A DNA stretch of 64,000 bases, from assembly GCF_001194135.2 (NCBI RefSeq), contig NC_068986.1, positions 91,715,718-91,779,717 of the forward strand, in the 5' to 3' direction. Position numbers and translations under genes: made by a program. This DNA comes from Octopus bimaculoides (Eukaryota). Under the pieces are notes generated by a model, which was given only the letters and a program-made list of their open reading frames with translations, ran no database searches and was not told the DNA's origin. Positions 50,393 through 63,206 of this stretch are shown in pieces. How positions within the stretch are numbered: the first letter of the stretch is position 1; each line of letters opens with the position of its first letter.

Positions 50393-51230
50393 CTGTCAGC
50401 TTTATATAATTGACCAGGCACTCCTATTTTGAGGAAAGGGGATTTTGATTGCTGCATTTTAGGAGATACGGTAGGTAATGTTGGGTGGGTGCTTTTCCTT
50501 GCACGGATTACATTTTGTTTCAAGATCTTCGGCTTATGATTTTGCTTTTGGAAGAACTTGAATTCCAAATCTTCAGTGTCGCTAACATACTTTTTTGGGA
50601 AATCAGGCTTCTTCAGGCCTTGGTTAACTTTAACATCAGCATGAGGATCAACTACAGACCAATCAGAAGATCCTGAGGTGAGATCACTGGCTGAAGAGGC
50701 TGTTGAAGCAGACAGCTTCTGGTTTGGAATGAGCTGTTGCAAGGGGTCATCCTTATGACCATTTGAGACTGCCAAGTGCGGACAACTGCCAGTAAGTGAT
50801 AAGCTGTGCTTTGTAAGGTGGTTATTGGCCAGCTGACAGCATAGTGCAGTCACTGTCTTTGGAGAATCTGATGGGCACTTGTTTAATGTAGGAGGCGATG
50901 GAGAATCAGGGGAAAGTCTGAGATGGCTTTTGCTTCGGTTACTGGAACTTGGTCGAGCACAAAAAACTTTAACAAAATTTAGGTTTTCTTCTGGAGTCTT
51001 CAAGTTCTGGTTGACACTTTGTGATGAGGAAGCAGAGTGTAAAAGTATGGGTGGCGTCTTGCACTTTCTGTCTAAACTTCTAGAGCGATTATGTATATTA
51101 AAGGCACCTGGCTTTGCATTAGAGACCTGAGAAAGGACTCTGCTACCTTCCTTTGCCGAGTACTGACGCAACTGTTGTTTTTTAGTCAAAGACTGGAGTG
51201 CTTCCTTGACAGTTTTTTCTTCATGGGTTT
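50393..51230 (-). CDS. TTLL5: TTLL5-like large internal exon (Ser/Pro/Lys-rich C-terminal region)
   Basis: Acceptor TTCTGTAG|, donor ACAG|GTATGT; 838 nt, phase 1 to 2, fully open. TVKEALQSLTKKQQLRQYS resembles human MVTAELQRLAEKQAARQYS. Confidence 0.88.
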
Positions 51231-51543
51231 CTACAGAACAAAATATATAAAATATAAAAAAATACAGAGTAACATTTATAAAAAGTGACAAAAATATGAA
51301 AATAAAAATTAGAAAAAATAAAATTGGAAAAGAAAATGCATTAATTTATGCATTGAATGATATATTAATATACATAGAATAATTGTAGATTGTAGATAAT
51401 ATAACAAAGCACCATCGAAAAAGGAACAACAGTTGCTATTCACATTTCATGTGACTATTCACAGTTTATATATTGATAAAAAAATCATCATCAATAAGAT
51501 TATGCATAAGTGAGATAGAAGCAGGCTTTGTTTTTATGGCAAA

Positions 51544-52372
51544 GCGGGTGACACATGAAATTTTTCGAGTGAGACCGTTGCCAGTGCCCCTGGACTGGCT
51601 CTTGTGCGGGGCCGTCGTAGGATTTTCGAGCGAGATCGTTGCCAGTGCCCCTGGACTGGCTCTTGTGCGGGTGACACATGAAATTTTTTGAGCGAGATCA
51701 TTGCCAGTGCCCCTGAACTGGCTCTTGTGCGGGGCTGTCGTAGGATTTTCGAGTGAGATCGTTGCCAGTGCCTCTGGGCTCGCTCTTGTGCGGGTGACAC
51801 ATGAAATTTTTTGAGCGAGATCGTTGCCAGTGCCCCTGGACTGGCTCTTGTGTGGGTGACACATGAAATGCACCATTNNNNNNNNNNNNNNNNNNNNNNN
51901 NNNNNNNNNNNNNNNNNNNNNNNNNNNNNNNNNNNNNNNNNNNNNNNNNNNNNNNNNNNNNNNNNNNNNNNNNNNNNNNNNNNNNNNNNNNNNNNNNNNN
52001 NNNNNNNNNNNNNNNNNNNNNNNNNNNNNNNNNNNNNNNNNNNNNNNNNNNNNNNNNNNNNNNNNNNNNNNNNNNNNNNNNNNNNNNNNNNNNNNNNNNN
52101 NNNNNNNNNNNNNNNNNNNNNNNNNNNNNNTAAAATGCACCATTTTGAGCGTGGCCGTTGCCAGTACCGCCTGACTGGCCTTCATGCGGGTGACACGTAA
52201 AAGCACCCACTACACTCTCTGAGTGGTTGGCGTTAGGAAGGGCATCCAGCTGTAGAAACTCTGCCAAATCAGATCGGAGCCTGGTGTAGCCATCTGGTTT
52301 CACCAGTCCTCAGTTAAATCGTCCAACCCATGCTAGCATGGAAAGCGGACGTTAAACGATGATGATGATGAT
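51544..52372 (+). mobile_element. RTE 3'-end repeat with an internal 61/62-bp tandem array (contains a 253-N gap)
   Basis: Ends in GCATGGAAAGCGGACGTTAAAC(GAT)n. The 5' part consists of five full tandem units plus a partial one. Relatively CpG-rich, suggesting a young copy. Confidence 0.85.
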
Positions 52373-52851
52373 GTACACACATGCAGTGACTGCATCAATT
52401 TTTTGAAAGCTACTACATACAGGAGCAAGGGATACGGCCATTTTGAGAAAATCAAACTTACCAACTGATGTGTCTGAACCAGCAGAAGGAAGACATGGAG
52501 ATTTTGGTGTTTGAGGTGTGTTCCTAGGTAACATTGTTGCTGGAGAGAGAAAGATAGCGAATAGGAGATTAGGGAAACGCACACAGAACATGAAAATGAG
52601 ACAGAGGACATAAGTGAAGGTGGAAGGAGTCAGTTTAAGGGAGAAATAAAAAAGATACAAAGGAAAGGTAAAGGAGATGGAGAGGTGGAAGGCAACAGAG
52701 TGGAAGGAGATGGAGAAAGAGAACGAGATGGAAGGGGAAAGAGAAAGAGAGGTAGATAGACAACAAAGGAAACAGATCATGCTTTTGATCATATATTTGT
52801 TTGATTCAAAGATGACCTAGAGCCAAGGAACACCAAAATGTCTACACTTAC

Positions 52852-53060
52852 GTTTTGCCAAACGGTGCTGTGAAGATTTCGTCTGCCTTTGTCCCTGGTT
52901 CGAGTCTCCTGGACAAAACACTTTTGGGGGTTTGTTGTCTCTGTCCCCAGCCTGGTTGTGGCTGGCAGCTCCATCACCAGTGCAGCAATTGCCCAAAAAA
53001 ATACTGCCAGACTTCCGCAGCTTGGTGTAAGTCGTCAACACTAGTTCCAGCTCATTCTCA
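52852..53060 (-). CDS. TTLL5: TTLL5-like internal exon
   Basis: Long pyrimidine tract with CTTTCAG|, donor AAAC|GTAAGT; 209 nt, phase 2 to 1. (D)ENELELVLTTYTKLRKSGSIFLG resembles human [23 protein letters not shown]. Confidence 0.92.
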
Positions 53061-53993
53061 CTGAAAGAGGGAGTTGAGGCCAAGGAGGAAACAATGAAGA
53101 ACTTAAAGAATTGTGTGTGAGTGTGAGTGAGAGAGAAATTACATTACTTCTTTATGTCATGAGGCTTTAGTTGAAAAGGGTGAATAGATGTTTGACTTCA
53201 ATGCCACGATATTGCAGGTACTTATTTCATTGAGCCTGGAATTTTAAAGACAAAAATGACCCCTCTTTTCCACAATGGAATTAGAAATCAAAAAGTGAGA
53301 CATAGAACTACAATAATCCATCTTGTGGTATTTGAACTCAAAATATGGAGAGAGGGAGAATAAATCTGTATAATAAATAGCTCTGATATAGTAATGACAA
53401 AACCATATTTTCCGGCAAAGAAGTTGAATTTTTCACACCAAAAAAGATAGGTCTGGCTTGTACATCAAGATAACTTTAGAGGACGAAATGTTCCATGTGA
53501 AATGCAGCAGGACTTTGAATGAAAGACAAAGCTGACTGGCAGAATTTGAACTCAATGTAAAGAGCAGAAAGAATTACTGTAAAGCATTTTTCCAATGAAC
53601 TAAGAATTCTGACAGCTAACCACCTTTATAATAATTATTTGTAATTTTGGTACAAGGCCATATATCTTGAGAGCAGACGTTAGCTGATACACCGAGTCCG
53701 GTAGTTGTCTGGTACTTTACCTTAACTTCAAAGGGATGAAAGGCAAACTTCACCTGGCTGGGATTTGAACTCTGAACATAATCAGTCTAAACAGATACTG
53801 CAAGGCATTATATGTTTGATGCTTAAATGTGATGGCACAGGGGAAAACCTATCAGGTGTTGCTAAATAAACAACTGAGAAAAATGCGGTCAATGTTTTTA
53901 TATCCTAGTTGTGGCTATAGATTGAATACCAGTAGTCCTACCCATTTTATTTATGGGGGAAAGGTTTAAGTTGTGAAAAGTTTTTAGTTCTCA

Positions 53994-54217
53994 AGCTGGC
54001 AGAAACATTAGCATGCCGGGCGAAATGCTTAGCGGTATTTTGTCTGTCTTTACGTTCTAAGTTCAAATTCCACCGAGGTCGACTTTGCCTTTCATCCTTT
54101 CAGGGTCGATAAATCAAGTACCAGTTACGCACTGGGGTCGATGTAATCGACTTAATCCCTTTGTCTGTCCTTGTTTGTCCCCTCTATGTTTAGCCCCTTA
54201 TGGGCAATAGAGAAATA
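53994..54217 (+). mobile_element. tRNA-derived SINE (family D) with a GCCTTTCATCC...GGGTCGATAAA...AAGTACCAG core (Nin/Deu-domain-like)
   Basis: Head AGCTGGCAGAA...GTTCAAATTCC plus the conserved core. About 15 decayed copies, e.g. 4520-4710, 5797-5990, 27060-27230, 36905-37120, 39300-39490, 40300-40510, 53490-53800, 57300-57700 and 60560-60800. Naming the core domain is from memory. Confidence 0.8.
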
Positions 54218-54766
54218 AGAAAATAGGCCTTTTTTGAGAAAACTGAAGTTGAAACACTGGGTTGTATCTGCTCATCCAAAATAAAGAGAAAAAAAAAAGG
54301 CATATCACAATCAAAAATTAAAATATTTGAAAAATTTAAATTGTTCTGAAATCTGTGAGTAATGCTCTCTCTGAATAATACATAAAACACCATTTCAAAT
54401 TTTTCACCATGTTAATGGTTTTCCCATGTGCCATCACAGTTCTGCCATGTCATAATCCTTATAATAATCCTTTCTCCTGTAAGCACAAGGGTGGAAATTT
54501 TGGTGGGAGGGGCTAGTCAATAACATCAATCCCTGTACTCAACCTTCATTTAAGCCATCAATGCTGAAAGGCTAAGTTGACCATGGTGGAATTTAAACTT
54601 CGGACATAAAGACAGACAAAATGCAGATAAGCACATGGTTCTGGGTTCAGTCCCACTGTATGGCAACTTGGGCAAGTGTTTTCTACTATAGCTTCACACT
54701 GACCAAATCCTCGTGAATGGATTTGATAGAAAGAGACTGAAAGAAGACTGTTGTATATATGCGCGC

Positions 54767-54816
<50 letters not shown>

Positions 54817-55270
54817 CCCACACACACACTGCTTGACAACTGATGTTTATGTGTTTACATTCCTGTAATTTAGCAGTTTGGCAAAAGAGACCAATAGAAA
54901 AAGTAACAGGCTTAAAAAAGAAATGTGCTGTGGTTGATTCAGTTGACTAAAACTCTTCAAGGTGGTGCCCCAGCATGGCCACAGTCTAATGACTGAAATA
55001 CGATAAAAGACTTGTACACACATACCTCTATAATTATGTGTACGTTTGTGCAAGTCCTTTTGTTAAATAGTTAGAAAACAATAATTGTTTCCAAATTTAC
55101 TCTCAATTTTGTTACACAACATACAAGACAAAGAAATACAGATGTGTGGCAGACTGATTTTTATTATAGATATGTCAACATATGTGCAAAAGAATGAGAC
55201 ACACACACAGAAAATGTGTGTGTGTGTGAATTTGCACATGTGCACATATGAAAAGAAAGCCAAAACTCAC

Positions 55271-55368
55271 TCAGAAGTTGACATGAAATTGTTGAACTCT
55301 TCATCATTGATTCCTGGACTTGCTTTCTCTGGCTCATTATGTAAAAGCTTCTTGAATTGATGAGTTTC
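55271..55368 (-). CDS. TTLL5: TTLL5-like internal exon
   Basis: Acceptor TTCCTTCAG|, donor TCTGA|GTGAGT; 98 nt, phase 0 to 2. ETHQFKKLLHNEPEKASPGINDEEFNNFMSTS resembles human ETEQM...GVNMENFQEFIRQAS. Confidence 0.9.
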
Positions 55369-56958
55369 CTGAAGGAATAAAAAAAAAGACAATAAAATAA
55401 ACTGCAGATCTAACTTTCCTAAGCGCTGGTGACATGTAAAAGTCACCAGTGTCATTGACACATAAAAGACACCAGTACACTTTGGAAAGTGGATGGCATT
55501 AGGAAAGGCATCCAGCAATAGAAACCAAGCCAAAACAGATGGCTGAAGCGTGGTGCAACTCTCCAGCTTACCAGCTCTGGTCAAACTGTCTAGTCCATGC
55601 CAGCATGGAAAATGAATGTTAAATGACGATGATGTGTCCAGCAGTGCATCTATCCACCTGCCATCTCTCCCTGAAGTCTGAAGATCATTATATTTGTGGT
55701 TAATGCACAGTGGATCTCACATTCCCTTTTCCATTAGGAAAGGAAATGGATTCTACACAGATCCAGCACTAACTAAAGAAAACTATGACCAACTCCTCCA
55801 ATCTAAAATACATTCCTTCTCTGATACATCAGTAAATTACTAACATTTTTTTTGTTGAGATTATATTTCCAGTGAAGTTGGATTTAGTCATTTACTTTTG
55901 GATAGTGTATCAAATAATCTTATGATTAAGTAGAAAAACTACATCATAAAACTTGAGCCAACAGAAGAACTTGTATGGTTGCTGAACACCTGCAAGAAAT
56001 AGCAGCCAACTTTCTCTCAGGTCACATCTTACCTTCTTAAAAGAAAAGACAAAAAACAAAACAAAAAAGATGAGGGGTAATGTGAACCTGAAAAAAGAAA
56101 TGATTATGACTAGAATGCCACTGCTCACATGGTCTACTCAATTAGGCTTGCCCTGGGCTATAAATCAAAAGATGAGAACAGGCCAACATGCATAAATGTA
56201 AGGTTGTATCCCAAATATACAAGTCTTTACAAATACTAAATACATATATCTATCTAATCTGTCACTTCACTGCCTTAATACAGTATTACGATAAGGGGTT
56301 CTAACAGAGAGGCAAGGTCAGAGATTTTAGGGGGAGCCTGTATTCAATTATATGGAGCCCACTGCTCAACTGGTATTTATTAACACTGGAAGGACAAATT
56401 CAACATTAATCCTAGTTGGATTTCAACTCTGAAATGTAAAGAAACATCTAAATACCAATAGGTATTTTTGTCTCGCTCTTTATCATTCTTACATCCTTCA
56501 CAGTTCTAACTGTACTACAATGTTGTTTTGCAAACAGCTTGCACATGCATGTGCTACCAATTGAAAGCTCCACATACCAGAAGCCAGCAAGTGTATAGGG
56601 TCATCAAGAGAGAATGCATGGTGTATCGGGGCCTACCTCTTGACATCATCATTGCACACCAGCTCCTCTCACTGAAATGAGGCCCCCTCTTGCTTGATCA
56701 ACTGGTTATCAGATATAGCTCAATATTCTTCTAGCCATCGTTCATCGTCTCTTACATAACAACGACTAAAACAATAATTATGATGACATAAGGTTTTGAA
56801 CATTAGTACAAGCCTACATATTTTGGAAAATAGAAGCAGTTGATTAAAAGAACTCAGTCTGGTACTTATTCTAAAATTCTCAGGAAAACCAAAAGTCACA
56901 GTATACCCAATGGAATTTGAACTCAAAATGTAAACTGATATAGCCAAATACTGTAAGA

Positions 56959-57240
56959 CAGTGCTTCTCAAACTACCTAATGTGACGTACCGGCAGTTTC
57001 TTTCCAATGTGTCTGGGACTGGTAATATTTTTTAGTAATATTAATTTATACCAGAAACAATATATATAATGGATATAAGAAAAGTTGACAATTTTTTTTC
57101 TATCTTATATTTATTTTGTAAACAAATAATACAATATTACATAAACATTTTATAATGCTCCTTTCTTTTCTGGAAACTCACTGCGTACTGGCAGCTGATG
57201 GCTCGCGGACTGGTGCTGGTCCGCGGACTACCACTGCTGT
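56959..57240. mobile_element. probable hAT-Charlie-type MITE relic
   Basis: The left end CAGTGCTTCTCAAAC resembles a Charlie TIR. GGTCCGCGGAC lies near the right end; the right TIR is degraded. Confidence 0.4.
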
Positions 57241-57408
57241 AAGGCATTCTGTACAGCACTTATTGTTGCCACCTCTACTGCTTTGATTGTAGCAGAATAA
57301 AGATTTCCAAGTTTGATACATGGTTGCAAATTTAGGGGAAAGAGGATATGGTTGCAGTCAATCAAATCAACCCCAGTAATGAACTGCTTCACCCAGGAAG
57401 AATGAGAG

Positions 57409-57450
<42 letters not shown>

Positions 57451-57730
57451 GGAAAAAAAAAAATCACTCCTAGTAGGATTTGACCCTGAAAGATAAATGG
57501 CTGTAATTAATTACTACAAGACATTCTACCAATTCTGTTATTCACCACTATTAATAATAGTTTCTAACATAGGCATCAAGCCAAACATTCGTAGAGAAGA
57601 GTTCAAATTGATAAAATCAACATTAGTACTTAACTATAAATATTATTTTACATACACTCAATACTGCTTGATTGCTAGTTGTAAACTCAGAAAGGTAGTC
57701 TCTATGCAAGATTTACATCCTCATTCTTAC

Positions 57731-57877
57731 CTTTTTGTAATGTCTCACAAACTCAGATAGTTCTTTTGCTAAGACTCTGCAACGATCCTTTACTGCAAGT
57801 TTCTTACTGGGGGCAATGACTTGGAAATTTCTCTGTAAATTGGCAGCAGCTCTCTTTAGAAAACGTATCACCAGATC
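57731..57877 (-). CDS. TTLL5: TTLL5-like internal exon (absent from the ORF track)
   Basis: Acceptor GAACTAG|, donor AAAAG|GTAAGA; 147 nt, phase 0 to 0. DLVIRFLKRAAANLQRNFQVIAPSKKLAVKDRCRVLAKELSEFVRHYKK resembles human [49 protein letters not shown]. Confidence 0.93.
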
Positions 57878-58289
57878 CTAGTTCATAATAGAAAATGGTA
57901 GCAGTGGTAGTTGTAGTGTTTTTTTGTTGTTTTTTTTTGTGGTAGTGTAGTAATGGTTATAAAGGGGTGATTGTGGTGGGGTATTGGTGAAGTGATTCTA
58001 GTTTTAAACAACTGTATTAGTGGGATTTGTTTTGTAGGTTGTAGTAGTTGCTTAGTACTTCTTGGTTGTGTGGTGGCAGTAAAACAAAAACTAGAGAAAA
58101 ATAACAACTGCCTGAATGCCTGTATGCAATTTAGGCAAATTGATAAACAGGAAAAAGAAATTACAAAATAGCAGTGATAAACTTCAGTGATATATTTTTA
58201 AAATTAACCATTCTCAAAGTAAGTCTCCCCAATAAACATCCCTTTCTACTTGACCAGGCTTGCATCATACATACTAAGTGTGAAGGAAC

Positions 58290-58700
58290 TCCAAATTGTT
58301 TCAAACCAACAAAGCCATCAGTTCTGACAATATTCTTTCCATTACTCTCAATACACCTAGAGCAAGCCACTATCCTTACCAAACTCTTCAAGGGAAAGGT
58401 AGTTAGTAGCTGTCCTTGTCACTTTTCAGATACCAACCTCTTTCTCTTACTGTATAGGGACATGTGATTTTTTGGAAGCTTGCAACAGTAAAACATTCCC
58501 ACAAAGAGCAACCTGTCTTGGTCAACTGTCATCTTTTATTAACAGCTATTAACTACCTTTCCCATAAACTTGAATTTGTCTCCCTCCTTAATAAACACCA
58601 GCAACAGCTTTCATAAAGCTACATCTACTGGAGATCCAATTTCCCATTAGCAAAGTTTTCAACTGTGTCTGCTATACAAATCCCCAGGCAAAATATAACC
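58290..58700 (+). mobile_element. CR1/Jockey-like LINE RT N-terminal relic, strongly decayed
   Basis: KAISSDNILSITL...ATILTKLF and WKLATVK resemble KAxGPDxIP..L...LTKLF and WKxAxV. Confidence 0.5.
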
Positions 58701-59716
58701 AGTTTATAGACCCCATCCATTTTTCATCTCATGGGTTAGTGACTTACTGTCATTTTGCACCAGTGCTGATGTAGCATCATCAACTCCACTGTGTTCCATG
58801 GTTGTTTAGTTTTCTCCTCCACACTCTTCTTTTTAAACAAGAATCTACTTACTGTCAATTCCATCACCACCAATTCTTGTATTGATGATGCCACTCCTAA
58901 TTACTAACTCCTATCTACAAGCATCATCTGCATGCATGAGACTTCACACTAAATCTGCACTGAGGCCATCAATAGAAACCTTGAAAATATCCTCCTGTGA
59001 CGACATTCCAATTTTGTGTCTTTCAACAACATAGAGACACAATCACTACACAGCAAGAAAACCTCATACTTTCCAATCTAAATATGAACAGTATCTGATT
59101 AGAATCATCAAAGTTGCAATAAATGCTAGGCTTCACAGCCACTGAGGATCTTTCCTATTGAATGTACATAAACATAGCCAAAATGATATCACAATGACTA
59201 GATTTCTCTTTAGATTCATAAAGTACTTCAGCCTCCTCCAACAACAACTGCTGAATCTATAAAAGACAGGTAACTATCTACAGAGAAATACTGCTCAAAC
59301 ATCTGAGATGGATCAACTGTTGCATATACAAATTTCCCAGATGACATACAAAGAAAGACAATTCAACTGATTGGCCTGAAGTTGCTTACCATCCTACTGT
59401 TCTCTGTAAGCGCATTATTGTATTGCCAAAGACTGGGCCTTTGGATTCATGTTAAATATTCTTGGGAATAATTTCTGTTTTTTGATCTTCCAAACCGTCT
59501 TTAAACTTTAGTTATGTTTAGAGAGTAAAAGCAGTTTCAATTTAATAACAAACTATCAAAATACTGAGGTTTCCAACTGTCAAAAAGAACCCCCACCACC
59601 ATCAGAATAGCAATATCTTGATTAGTTTTGATTGAAAACAAAAAGTATGGAGAGGAACTGTTGAAGACAGTAACATAAATTAGTGTGGATGAGAAGTGAA
59701 TAAGACTATAGCTTAC

Positions 59717-59831
59717 CATTTGTTCAGTTAATGAATCAACATCACTTGGTTCATTTGAGTTTGCTTCAGCCACAAGTCTTTGCTGGACTTTGGTTAGATA
59801 AAGAGCAAATGCTGTACGAGCTTGCAATTGA
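59717..59831 (-). CDS. TTLL5: TTLL5-like internal exon (cofactor-interaction-domain region)
   Basis: Acceptor TTTTCAG|, donor ATG|GTAAGC; phase 2 to 0, 115 nt. QLQARTAFALYLTKVQQRLVAEANSNEPSDVDSLTEQM resembles human KMQARIAFSAYLQHVQIRL...EDEQM. Confidence 0.92.
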
Positions 59832-60863
59832 CTGAAAATTACAAAAAAAAACAAAAAACAAAAAACAAAACAGAAACTTAACAACATGGTTAAATGGCTG
59901 AACTGATAAAACAGACAAAATATGTTGTGGTTTTGGTTATGTCTTTTTATACTCAGAGTTTAACCCCTTACGTTAAAAACATATATATATATATATATAT
60001 ATATANNNNNNNNNNNNNNNNNNNNNNNNNNNNNNNNNNNNNNNNNNNNNNNNNNNNNNNNNNNNNNNNNNNNNNNNNNNNNNNNNNNNNNNNNNNNNNN
60101 NNNNNNNNNNNNNNNNNNNNNNNNNNNNNNNNNNNNNNNNNNNNNNNNNNNNNNNNNNNNNNNNNNNNNNNNNNNNNNNNNNNNNNNNNNNNNNNNNNNN
60201 NNNNNNNNNNNNNNNNNNNNNNNNNNNNNNNNNNNNNNNNNNNNNNNNNNNNNNNNNNNNNNNNNNNNNNNNTAGGAAGGGCATCCAGCTGTAGAAACTC
60301 AGCCAGATCAGATTGGAGTCTGGTGTAGCCATCTGGTTCACCAGTCCTCAGTCAAATCGTCCAACCCATGCTAGCATGGAAAGCAGACGTTAAATGATGA
60401 TAATGATGATGATATATATATATATATATATATATATATGACAAAAAAGAACATTACAAGTAATACCATGTTATAAAATAAATGGTATATATAAATTAAA
60501 TAATTCTGGTTTTAGAAAAAAAAAAAATCAAGTATGACAGCCAAGAAAATTTTAAATAATGATTTCTCATTTAGGCATAAGGCCAACAGTTTGTGGGGAC
60601 AAGTGGATTAAAGCAACCCAGTACATTACTGATGCTTTATTTAATCGAGGAATGAAAGGTAAAGCTAACCACACCGGGATTAAACTCAGAACGTAATGGG
60701 CCATAACTATGCTGCAAGGCATGTTGCCCGATGCTTAGGCACAAGGCCAGCAATTTAAAGGGAAGGGGGAAAGTCGATTAAACTGACTCCCGTGACTAGT
60801 ACAAAACAAAAAACTCTGGTGAAGTCATTATTATTTTTACTGACAAATTCTAAATCAGCATGA

Positions 60864-60896
<33 letters not shown>

Positions 60897-61380
60897 AATG
60901 ACAAGAATGGGAAGAAAACCTAGAGTGTTCTATTTGTTTTCATAGCGGAAGGAAGAAAAATATTTATCCACAGTATATGTAGTCAACGTTTATGTGGGTA
61001 TGCCTTCAACATTTTAGGGCATTGATAACCTTCAACCCTAAGAAGATCAATCATTTCGAGACAACACATCTGCTTCAGGACATATAGAAAACAAAGACAT
61101 TGCTGTCAATTACAACCAGCCAGAGTTTATAAAAACTTGAGGCTGGACAACTGCCTCCATCTGTAACATACGCATGAATTTACTGCTACTCCACACTGTA
61201 GTCAACAAATCTTCATTTTTAATTTCTCTACAATTTCTTGACCAATCACCAACACAAATTCCACACAAACTAAGAACTTTAATGACGAACTGTTTATCCT
61301 TACAGTACAAGCTTTTTACAGAATAAGGATTTATCAACATGACACAAGTAATTTCTCTTTGAACCATTTTTCATAACATC

Positions 61381-62790
61381 ATGGCAGAGAAAAGAGCATT
61401 TCATGGTGCAATGTATGGAAATTATTCCATAGAAGAAAAGCAAGCACTTGATATCATGGTGAACAAATGCAAAGTGGAGCATGATTCTGAATTAGAGCAA
61501 ATGAAAGGGAAAACTCATTGGGATGCTAAAAGGAAACTTCAGGTCCCAGAAGCAGTTTGTTCATTTTGCTCAAATTTGGCCAGTGTCAAAAACTCTGGCT
61601 ACATTAACAGCAGAATCAAATAGTCAAATGCTGCTATGAAAAATATCTGAAAGATGAACTTGACAGTGCTGAAAAAAATCCAAAGAAATGTTTCAAAGTC
61701 ACTGGATGAGGTTGTAAAACAAAAGTACCAGGCGTGAGAGATGCCCTATTTGAATGGTTTGTGGAAGTTAGAACATTACTGCAAGTGAGATTACTACAAG
61801 CTCTTTTCCTATTACAGGCTGAGAAATTTTATGAGGAGTGCATTTGGCAACACCCAGACACACTAACTGAAGAAAAGTTTTGTTTTCCAAAAAGCCGGAT
61901 GAAAGGTTGACAAAAAGAGTATGGGGTATCACTGAAATTTCCAAACAAACACATTTCAATCTCCTAAGAGCAATGTGTTGAGTGCATTCAGGATTATTTG
62001 AAGATCATATGGAATGTGTGTCGTTATTTCCATGATAAATTTGGTGTAGATCCTCCTAATTATCAATGGAGATAAAATGTCCTTGCAACAGAATGAAAGT
62101 AGCAGACAAGCTACTTTATCATTCAGAAATCAAGATACATTCATCAATGAAAACCACCATTTGTCTAGGGAATGTATCACAGTGTTCACCCAGGTTAGCA
62201 ATGATACCAAAATCAATCTTATCCCAGAGTTTATATTTAAAGGAACTGGAAAAAGACCATCACTACTGAATGCCCTACCTACAATGAAATATCAATGGTC
62301 TCCTAAAGGTTCTTATGGATCAGAACAGCTGCTTTGTACCATTGAAAACCTTCCAAACCGATTCAATATATTTTCACATGCAAACTCTGCCATTTATGTG
62401 CCCGGTGATTACATGGTGCATTTGATGGCAGAGGTGAGAGATGCCCTCTGGAAAAAGGGTTATGTGTGAGTCATCATCAGTGGTGGTTTCACTGGATTTG
62501 TTCAAGTTAACGACATGCACTTGCACAAACAACTGAAAGCAAAATATTGCAAAATAGAGAAAGCGAAAATGCTAGAAAATTTAGTTCAAACTCTGAATAA
62601 AATACCCACACCCAATCAATCTGAGATGATGCAGATGCTACATCAAGCACATGCAGATTGCAAAATTGATGTCAAAGATGCTTTCAAGTCGAAGTGGGCC
62701 GCTAACGCTTTTGATGGCTCTGAAGAGTGTCAGACTGAATTATGCACCTCGTCAGTTTGTCAATGGGAGAGTTTCAGAAACAAACTTTTC
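61381..62790 (+). mobile_element. pogo-like DDE_1 transposase relic (CENP-B-type HTH plus DD35D-spaced triad) in a TTLL5 intron, antisense
   Basis: Frames give KVPGVRDALFEWFVEVR, INGDK, FVQVND and EFIFKGTGKRP...QWSPKGSY. The second catalytic D appears mutated (VPGDY), with 35 residues to VQVND. Several stops and frameshifts; TIRs not found. Confidence 0.78.
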
Positions 62791-63206
62791 ACAGAAAATA
62801 AACTTCCAATAATGGTAATTTGCATGAGAGCCAGACTGTGTCACACAAATATATATGCTTTCGTTAAAGGTGGATGTGGTATTTAAAGTTATTTAGACAC
62901 ATCAAATCTGCAAAGATGGCCTATATTTGTAAGACAGGTGCTAAGTTGTTGCTAGTTTTTAAGGATTATTCTTTATTATATATTCATACATATATAGATA
63001 TTTACAGAACTATGCATTTACATACATATACACAATATGCATATATATTTTGTGTTTATTTATACACACACACACACACACACAGATACAAATACATAGA
63101 TATATGCATACATTTAGTCACATATGAATGTATACACATACACATACATAGACCAGCAAACGAGATGAATACATGATTAAATGTTTAGTAAAATTTTAAG
63201 ATTTAC

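Noticed and set aside
51466-52303. Repetitive ORFs (e.g. ISCVTRTRASP units)
   Set aside because: They are translations of the non-coding tandem array in an RTE 3' UTR. The units are identical-type repeats without unique spacers, so not CRISPR.
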